In this document: piece by piece, positions 55,846-64,000 of the stretch
Position numbering within the stretch: the stretch's first letter is position 1
Layout of the letters: each line of letters begins with the position of its first letter
Assembly: GCA_044892525.1 (NCBI GenBank)
Contig: CM097886.1
Location: forward strand, 84,754,001 to 84,818,000
Direction: 5' to 3'
Length of the DNA stretch: 64,000 nt
From: Schmidtea polychroa
Lineage: Eukaryota
Translations under genes and position numbers: made by a program
The notes under the pieces: generated by a model
What the model was told of the DNA's origin: nothing
Seen by the model: the letters and a program-made list of their open reading frames with translations, nothing else
The model's database searches: none

Positions 55846-56563
55846 CTTCGAGAGTGTCGAAAATCGGGCTAAGAACGAATAAATAGGATAAAACAAATTT
55901 TCAATAAAATCACGAGAAATATAAGAATAACTAAATCAGATAACAATAAAAGAAATAAGAATATAAAAGAAATAAAAATAACTAATAAAACAATAGAATG
56001 CATAAGGCGAAATAAGGTGAAATTACCCAACACACATGGTAGGAAAAGGAAAAAACATAAAATAACAAAAACGTAAGAAATAAACGAGAAATTTAAGAAA
56101 ATAAAATAGAAATCCTCAAATAAATGCATACGCGAATTAAAACAAAAATTATATTATGATAAAATGACAATAAACGCGCAGGAAAAACGGGAGGGAAATA
56201 ATAAAAAATAGAAAAATAAATAAAATAATAATAAAAATAGGAAAAAGTCATCAAAATATACCTTATTACATGAAAAAACATAAAAATCATAATAAATAAT
56301 AATATTACACGCAAGTCACGTCCTGATTGGACGAAAAATAATATATAAGGAATATGGAAAATCTGTAAAGTACCACTTTTAATCGCTACTCTACAGGTAA
56401 AAATTTTTATTGTTTTATACGACCACTTTTAATCGCTACTCTACAGCATCCACTTTGACTACGATTCAACGAAAACAAAATCGACTACCAGTATCTAGCG
56501 GAACCAAAAGGAAAACGATTTAGTAGAATCTTGAACATTACCATTTTTTGACACTCTCGAAGG
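55846..56563. mobile_element. MITE-like element
   Basis: Inverted ends CTTCGAGAGTGTCGAAAA / TTTTGACACTCTCGAAG. An internal 25-bp direct repeat ACCACTTTTAATCGCTACTCTACAG occurs at ~56371 and ~56422. Confidence 0.5.
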
Positions 56564-56889
56564 ATATTATTTGGTAAGTATGGTGATTGTTTTAAATGCT
56601 TTTTATGATGATGATATTAAATATTTATATGAGTTTGATATGGAATAAATTCTTTTAGTATATTAAATGTTTTAAGTTTCGAAAGATGTTCCTCTCTCTC
56701 TATGGTGCTGGCGACGATGTCGTCTGGGACTCCAATATGATGCGGGAAATCAAATAAATCCGTGGACAAAGCCACGAGGATGGCGGCTAGAAGTGACATT
56801 GAAAATCGGGACGAAGCTAGATTTATAGCAATAGAGTTGATTGAACGATTGTGATTATTATGGGACGGCATCATATTCGAGACTCAGAC

Positions 56890-56902
56890 GGCGTGGTCGC
56901 CA
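56890..56902 (-). promoter_or_regulatory. Orphan primer-binding-site-like sequence TGGCGACCACGCC
   Basis: 13/13 identical to the PBS of the gypsy element at 23934. It is preceded on the minus strand by an AT-rich stretch with several AATAAA. Confidence 0.5.
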
Positions 56903-58724
56903 GACAAGTAAATTTTATTATAACGATTAATTTCATAAAACCATGCCATTTATTTAATCGTATTTATTACAAAAATGTTCTGAAATTGACGAATTGAGGA
57001 GATCGAATCGTCCTTCCTGGCGGTCTAAGGATGGTGGCAGCGATGATTGCCGTCCTTAGGTGGGTCAGGAGGGGTGAGGACATACGGCGGACGATATTAC
57101 CACTGCACGGGAAATTCTGTCACTGAGTGATGTCTGCGTTCGGCATAGGAAATACTATTTTTGGAGAAGATGAAATTAAGGCACCTGAGGCAAATAAAAA
57201 ATCCACAGAGATTCGCCGGAGAGATTCGAAATACAATTCTTTAAAATTTGGCATAATCATCATTTTGTTAAGTCCAGGTTCGACATCGTTACGTCTTAAG
57301 TCCCCGAGTTACAGTGGGCTGAACACGAAGGGATCATAGTCTTCGGTTGCAAACAGAAAATTCCAACGAGATTAGAGTAGACTGTCACCAAGCTTTTCGG
57401 TAGGGATTTGGATCGCTAAGGAGTTAACGACAAAATCCATCATCGGTGTACTTTTAAGTTGAATTGTTGATTCTTAGGCTATAGATAAGGATTGTTTTTC
57501 TGAAAATAGAGTAAATAAATCCTGAGAAATTATCAGAACACCTACGATAGATGCGAGGGAAGCCGTTGTCGAAGTTATCAGATAACTGCCAAATGAATTT
57601 CAGTCTGATTATACCCAACCGAATTAGATGACTAAAGGGAATCTGAACAGTGAGAGAGAGCGATAACCGTCATCACCATAGATACAGCGAGAGCGTTGAC
57701 AGACGGGTATCTTAAGTCGACTACGATAGTAGATAAATTATCAGCTCCAATTCTCCAGTGATTTGTCGCGTAATGGGTAAGGCTGACACGCATAACGAAT
57801 CGGGTAGAGATTTCTAAGAGTCCGGATCTTGATAATACACGCCTACCAGTACGTCACATGGAATTCCCTCTCAGTATGCCGCCAACCAATCCACATAAAA
57901 AGAAAATTTGTTCGGTGACCTAATCATTACATAACAATGACGAAGTTAAACGAGATAGTAGCATTGCGTGTAGGGACAACAGGGGAGATCGTATCCCCGT
58001 AAATAATTTTGCTAGGAGTATTAGACAGCCACTCTCGAAAACATAATCCGAGCCAGACACACCAAGACATAGTGGTCAACAGAATAGTAGAAATTGACAA
58101 TACACAAGCATGCATTGCAACACATCATATTCAGCACTCAAGTAAATGACAGTATTTAGTCACAACCACATACTGTGTTAGATTCGTCATGACAACCTCA
58201 CGGCAAAAATCTGAACTAAATAAAATTTTCAATTCACGCAGTTCAAATAAATATATATTTTATGATTTCGTTTTCAATTTCGATCAATATTAAAATAATG
58301 CAAAGAAGCAAGGCCGAAATTTTTGTTATTTACACAAACTTAACTTCATAGAACTTAGTAATGAGGAGTAGACTTATCAATGTTGGACAATAAGGGATAT
58401 ATTAATGGTGTTAAAGGTTATAGTACTCGAACGATGGAACATTATAAAGGGGAGGTCAAGCCCGTAAAATTATACCGATTGATGAAACTATAATAAATGA
58501 ATTCTGTCTAAAATTCCCATTTTCCTCTCATAAAATTGTAAAGAACGAGTGAGTTAACTTGAATGTTTGAGTTTGAATGAATACGAGTATCGATCAACGA
58601 CACGGGTGTGTAGATCACTATTGAATAGTTTGATTTGGAAACTTGTAAATCTCATATGCGAAATGCAAATAACGTTCCAGAAAAACTGTTACGATCGACA
58701 ATAAATTTTTCTCTTAATCTTTAG

Positions 58725-59483
58725 ATGAATACCTCGACCAGCTCTGGAAAAATTCCTCGTCCTTGTTTCTCCTGCGCCGATAAAAATGCAGATATCGCGC
58801 AGCTCCATCTATACATCGGGGCTCTAAAGAAGAGAATTGACCTCTATGAGGGTACGTGGTTCTCCCCGCCACGAATGAAGGAGGAACGAAAGAAAATCCT
58901 CCGGTTAGAACATTGTAGAGATAGCTTGCTGGAGGAAAGCCGATGCCAACGGCTTACAATCAAAGCCCAATCGGAAGCCCTCCACAAGGTATACACGGAG
59001 GCAGAACTGGCCAAGCGGGTTCGGGAATTCCCCGTCTTAGATAGCTCTAACATTTTCCCACTGCATCATCAGACGTCTCAAGTAACTACATCGAACTGTC
59101 AAGGGCATGGCTCTTATCTGCCGCCCATTCCAGCCCCGGTATTATCTGGATGTCAGCCGCTGGCAGGTGGCTCTTCCGACCCAATTTTGGCTCCAGTGTT
59201 GTTGGCACCCTCCGCCGCATCTATCGCGAATAACCAGATGTCTTCCCGCAAAAGGAAACGGCCAACCCGGGCCGCCAAGAATCAGAAACGTCGAGATGCG
59301 ATGGCAGCACTGGAGGCTTCGTTATCCGTGGCCCAGTCCACCATCGAAGAGATTTCGAGCTCGCATGTGATTCCAGCCAGAGAAATATTTCGAGTAGTGC
59401 CGGCCGACGGTATTAAGTACCTCGCAGATCGTCGCTTACCTGTGGACATTGATGAGGTGTTCGCAGACAGTGAAGCATTTTGA
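58725..59483 (+). CDS. Accessory ORF B-like protein, 252 aa (CxxC, coiled coil, Pro/Ser-rich linker, basic RKRKR)
   Basis: The ATG directly follows CTCTTAATCTTTAG. LKKRIDLYEGTWFSP parallels FKERCRKMEQTWIRP of 46324-46818. Confidence 0.65.
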   Translation: MNTSTSSGKIPRPCFSCADKNADIAQLHLYIGALKKRIDLYEGTWFSPPRMKEERKKILRLEHCRDSLLEESRCQRLTIKAQSEALHKVYTEAELAKRVREFPVLDSSNIFPLHHQTSQVTTSNCQGHGSYLPPIPAPVLSGCQPLAGGSSDPILAPVLLAPSAASIANNQMSSRKRKRPTRAAKNQKRRDAMAALEASLSVAQSTIEEISSSHVIPAREIFRVVPADGIKYLADRRLPVDIDEVFADSEAF

Positions 59484-59783
59484 TGGAGCTGGAGCAGCAG
59501 CGGGACGTGTCCGTCCGATTTGACATGCGTATTGACCGACTCTCTTGTATATGGCGAACACTTGTTTTATTCTTTTGTTTTTGTGCTTCAGACTTTGATG
59601 AAAGAAGTTTGATTATTTGTAATTTAATGCGTGTAATTTAATTTAATATAAGTATGGACATTTAATGAGTTATTTTACGAGAATGATGAGGGAAACGCCC
59701 GATTTGATTGATGAACCGAATGGATGACATTGAAGGAAGGTTGTCCCCTCGGACCAGGGTCGACCCGAGAATGAATGAGATTA

Positions 59784-59925
59784 TGGGTAAGTCCTTCTAA
59801 GGCACCTTAGAACCTGTACCGCGAGTGGGTTAAGAGTAGTCCTAAGGCAGGGGCTCACCTGTTAACCTACTCCAACCCGTGTGAGCAGCACCAACGTGGA
59901 ACACCGCCACGGGCTCACATGAGGG
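59784..59925 (+). ncRNA. Conserved structured RNA motif, divergent copy D
   Basis: Same topology with different stem sequences: GAGUAG/CUACUC and UGUGAGC-AGCACCAA-CGUGG(7)CCACG-G-GCUCACA (59880-59919), with an upstream CUUCUA..UAG hairpin. Confidence 0.68.
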
Positions 59926-60463
59926 AATATTAATAAGGTCATGTGATGTATGTTGGGTAAATCTGAGACCGATGTATGGGATTGCATGTCCGACTACGAA
60001 AATATTTCTTCTCCCCTTCATACACCAACATGATTTTTGGGGGTTCAGCCGGGATCTGATTTCGAATTGTTTGATTGCCTATTATTGTATTACGATGTGT
60101 TAGACTAACAATTTAATTAATTATAATAAAAAAGGGAATCGGGACGGAAATGAATCGATATTATAGTGTATTAAGATGATGATACGAACTGTTTTTGCGT
60201 GAAATAGAACATGCTATGAACAAAAACGAACCTAAATAAGTTTGAATGAATGTGATTGAATATGAAGAGAAGAGAAAATGGGAATTGACTAATTTTGTTT
60301 AATTTTAAATGAATTAAATTAAAAAAGAATTATTAAAGATTGAATAAAATACATAAACTAGAAACAATAGCGAACAAAGCCAAACGAACATTGATTATAA
60401 CACGATAATATTATTTTTATTTTTATAAGTGAGACCGAGTAATGACAACATACTTTTTTAGAT

Positions 60464-60943
60464 ATGTCAGAAGCTAGGAAACATCTACAACGACTAAGCC
60501 GGTTCGTCGACATAGAAAACGATTCCATAAAGACGTTAAGAGAAAAACTGCAACAAATAGAAACCCTAGAGCAACAACGCCACAACGCACCGCTGATATC
60601 CAAACAAAACTTTCTAACCGACAGATTGGGGTCAACAAATACCGACACCGACTTGTCTGTCCATTACCAATGGATGCAGCAACGACTCGACGACCCCGCT
60701 CTGAACCTCGAATATGTGAGAATACGCGAACAAGTAAAAACTCTGTCTCAGAGAATACGAACCTCGATAATAGAAAAAGCAGCGGCCTTGAGAACTTGTA
60801 ACATTTGTAAGACGCGACCTGCCAGAATTCTAATTCTACCTTGTGGACACCTTAGCCATTGCGACGAATGCGCCGTCAGTTTAACGCATTGCTCTTTATG
60901 TGTATGTGCAATAAAGGAGAAGCACACGATTTACTTCAGTTAA
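60464..60943 (+). CDS. Coiled-coil + C-terminal IAP/MDM2-type RING (C3HC4) protein, putative E3 ligase
   Basis: CNICKTRPARILILPCGHLSHCDECAVSLTHCSLCVCAIKEKHTIYFS ends the protein. No BIR domain is present. The ATG lies 2 nt after TACTTTTTTAG. Confidence 0.8.
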   Translation: MSEARKHLQRLSRFVDIENDSIKTLREKLQQIETLEQQRHNAPLISKQNFLTDRLGSTNTDTDLSVHYQWMQQRLDDPALNLEYVRIREQVKTLSQRIRTSIIEKAAALRTCNICKTRPARILILPCGHLSHCDECAVSLTHCSLCVCAIKEKHTIYFS

Positions 60944-61524
60944 CACGCGAGCAGCACTCGGTGAAAGAATTGATCTGATTGACGATTTGACTAAATCCTT
61001 TATTTTTAATTGATGTATCAACAATTTTCTAGTAAATTTGTATATTGCATGTGACTTAAGCCAACTAATGAATAGAATGTTTTGCGTGTTCATTTTATTG
61101 TGAATTCAGTAACTTATTGATAATTTTCACCATAGAGAGAGAGCATCTATAAATTTAATTTGAACAAATAAATAAAGTGGAGCTAGTCCCAACATAGGAT
61201 TAAAGGGGGAATAAACCGAGCCACCTTCGGGAGGTACGATACACGAAAACCGGTTGGGAAGGGATAACCGATCACCCCGAGTAAGAGATGTAAGGCGAGG
61301 TACCATCGCGAATATTGAAAAGTTTCTGCGGTATGGCTGATCACCATACCAATGTAGAAATGGATCAATGCGATCGTTTTGCGTTTTGAGCAAGGGGGGA
61401 AAGGGGAAACATTCTCAAGCGGCACAGATTAGATCGACAAATAAAAAGTAAAAATAAAAGGAAAGATCACAGTCTAGAATAAAGGTAAAGAAAAGATAGA
61501 AGCATGCAGAGTCGAAGATATTGA

Positions 61525-62017
61525 GGCCGAGCTGTTGAATAGTCCAGCCGGCCAGGGAAATTGAAACTGAGCTGTGAAAAGTCCAGCCAGTCAGGAGATA
61601 TTAAGGCCGAGTTGTTGAATAGTCCAACCGGTCAGAAGGAAGAAGATTGAGCTGTTGAAAAGTGCCAGCCAGTCGTAAGGCCGAGCTGTCGAGAAGTCCA
61701 GCCGGTCAGGAAAAATTAAAAACTGAGCTGTGAAAAGTCCAGCCAGTTCGGAGACGAAGAAGATTGAGCTGTTGAAAAGTGCCAGCCAGTCGTAAGATCG
61801 AGTTGTCGAATAGTCCAACCGGTCAGAAGGAAGAAGATTGAGCTGTTGAAAAGTGCCAGCCAGTCGTAAGATCGAGTTGTCGAATAGTCCAACCGGTCAG
61901 AAGGAAGAAGATTGAGCTGTTGAATAGTGCCAGCCAGTCGTAAGATCGAGTTGTTGAATAGTCCAACCGGTCAGAAGGAAGAAGATTGAGCTGTTGAAAA
62001 GTGCCAGCCAGTCGTAA
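61525..62017 (+). repeat. 74-bp tandem repeat array built from two ~37-bp subunits, upstream of gag
   Basis: GAGCTGTTGAA recurs at 61766, 61840, 61914 and 61988 (period 74). Earlier units are more diverged. Confidence 0.92.
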
Positions 62018-62964
62018 AGGCCTAGAAAATGATTGGATAGGATTTAAGTTGATAATGAGATAGAATATTAAGCTAGCTAGAAACGAATTGAATTGGGATA
62101 CGAGAAGTCGAATTTAGAAAGGATTAAACGAGCTCGTAGAAGATGAAAACAAAACCATTTTAGTAGAAAAGGAGAATCGGACAAGGAAAATGAATTGAGG
62201 AGATAGTAAAGGTAGAGGATAAGTGGGAATAAATGACGAGTAAAAAGGAAGATAATTAATTAATTAAAGGGGATCCCAAGTAAGTAGACAAAAGTCTACA
62301 GAATTTTTGGTTTAAACCGGATAAACGAATCTGATTTTTTTTGGTTCAGAGTAGAACCGAGTAAAGGGGAACAGAGACGAAAGATTAAGTAAAATAGCGG
62401 AACCGCGTAAAAGGATTAAGAGAATATGGGGGGTGATAAGCAGTAACTGACAACGACCTATCGTTATTATAAATGGGAACTATAGATAATTGATACGACC
62501 ATATAGATAATTATTACTACCCCAAATAGATAATTTAAAATCGACGAAAACTATGGGTTGATGGGTAACTATAATCCACGAGGAATTATATGGGGAATAA
62601 AGAGAAGCATAACAGAGGCCCTAAACGGTGTCTGTGTTTGAATGTTGCAGAAAGAATGATGAAGTCGTGTAAGCAGATGCAACACGAGATCATTTTTTCA
62701 TTTTAGATATCAAACCAATCCAGTCAATCAAGCCAATCCAGAACCTGCACAAAGGAATTCGAAGAAATCAACGACCAACTAGAAATAACCAATCCAGAAC
62801 CCGCTCAGTAGGAGTAACACAACCCGAAGATTCCAAGAACGGAAGACGTCTCATAACGCTAACAACCAATTGCCAAGGACTCGGAACACCGACAAAACCG
62901 AATTCGCTCAAGTCAGCAGCCGCTAATTGCCGAGAAATCCATAAGAGACGATAAGGAGGCGTAA

Positions 62965-64000
62965 GAAGAAATCACGGAGAAACTAAATCTCAGATCCTCA
63001 AGTAAGTCAAGAGACGTATTATTTTCAGGAGACGAACTAGAACAGCTCAGAAGAGGACGATCCATAAAACAGCAAAGAGGAAGATCACAAGGAGCAAAAA
63101 GAACAAATCAAGTACCAACATTTGACCAAGAAAACCTCGGATACACCCCTAGTCGATCTAGAAGCAGAGAAAGCCTATCCGATATAACAAACAACCTAAC
63201 CGGGTCAACAGAAGAATTAGCCGTCTATAATTTAGCGACATCGCTGGAAAATTTAAAAGAAACAATAGAGTTACAAGAACCAGTCATGATGAATGTGGTA
63301 AAAACCGACGAGTATAAAGAAAAATTTAGAGGCGAACCGTTTAACGGGAATGCGAACAAGTTGGCAACGTTCATAACAAATTTTGAAGTCTATATCGATG
63401 TGTGCGGATGGACAGCGGAAGCAATTAGTAAACGAATGCCTCTGTTTTTGTGCGATAGCGCACTCGAAGTGTATCTAGAAGCAAAAGAAAGAAATACGAA
63501 ATTAGACAATTGGGAAAGCATCAAAACATTTTTGAGAAAAACATTCGGGGCCAGCAAACCAATAAATCAAGCCCTAGGAGAATTAGCGAGTAGAAAACAA
63601 AGAGCAAATGAATCAATAACGTTATACGCAAGCGAATTGCGAAGATTGGCAAAGAAGGCCATGAACGGAAACTTGCCGGAGGAGAATCTAATTGGTTATT
63701 TCATAGAAGGATTACGCCGGGAAGAGGTAAGAGCCTCGGTGGGATGTCAGATGTGTAAAACACTAGAAGAGGCCATAGATTGGGCCACAAGATGCGAACT
63801 ACACCTCCCGGCACAAATGAATATCATGCAGGAGGAGGGAAGAATCGCAGCAGCTACGGTGAAAACAGAAAATGGAGATAACAACAATCATGAACCCAAG
63901 ATGAATCAGTTCATACCAGGTGCGCACCAAATTTTCAAACCACCGCAAGGACGATCAAACGGGAATAACAGTGAACGCAACAACTCGAACAATGGAAATA
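62965..64000 (+). CDS. gag: Ty3/gypsy-type Gag, runs off the window (ATG at 63286; not in the ORF track)
   Basis: The frame is open from 62965: FRGEPFNGNANKLATFITNFE..CGW..WESIKTFLRKTFG..LASRKQRANESITLYASELRRLAKKA..LIGYFIEGL, a retrotransposon gag pattern. Confidence 0.88.

Noticed and set aside
57120-57660. Possible decayed env-like ORF on the minus strand
   Set aside because: Six internal stops in 180 codons is only modestly fewer than chance, and there is no recognisable motif.
61525-62017. CRISPR-like appearance of regularly spaced repeats
   Set aside because: The intervening sequences are themselves repeated (no unique spacers), there are no cas genes, and the context is a eukaryotic retroelement. 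It is a tandem repeat.

Overview
This is a eukaryotic, very AT-rich window dominated by mobile elements, with four N-gaps. It is probably from an invertebrate animal with a compact gene style, since most introns are 39-55 bp; the species cannot be determined from the sequence. Host genes: a spliced LIMPETin (PET + 6 LIM, 11024-13720) with an intron-containing H2A variant ending in SQEF nested antisense in its last intron; proteasome beta-2/PSMB7 (52768-53729); a PWI-domain ORF; and an LRR-like membrane glycoprotein. Mobile DNA: five hAT copies or remnants; a 2.4-kb foldback palindrome; an intact young Ty3/gypsy element (115-bp AGT..ACT LTRs, 5-bp TSD, -1 frameshift pseudoknot); a decayed Polinton/adintovirus-like provirus (~30.8-43.2 kb); and a second gag running off the right edge. 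The provirus has capsid, penton, protease, ATPase and fibre-like genes, and an integrase that reads as an in-frame zinc-finger-PLA2-integrase fusion interrupted by one nonsense codon; no protein-primed DNA polymerase is visible. The most novel signal is a cassette found four times (~6.6, 46.9, 49.6 and 59.8 kb). It consists of accessory ORFs starting right at a splice-acceptor-like AG (a coiled-coil/basic family, an AT-hook protein, an IAP-type RING protein) plus a ~200-nt structured RNA. The RNA has compensatory base-pair changes around an invariant AG(U/C)ACCAA loop and sits among retroelement-like sequence. All structures and alignments were done by eye and need computational confirmation.
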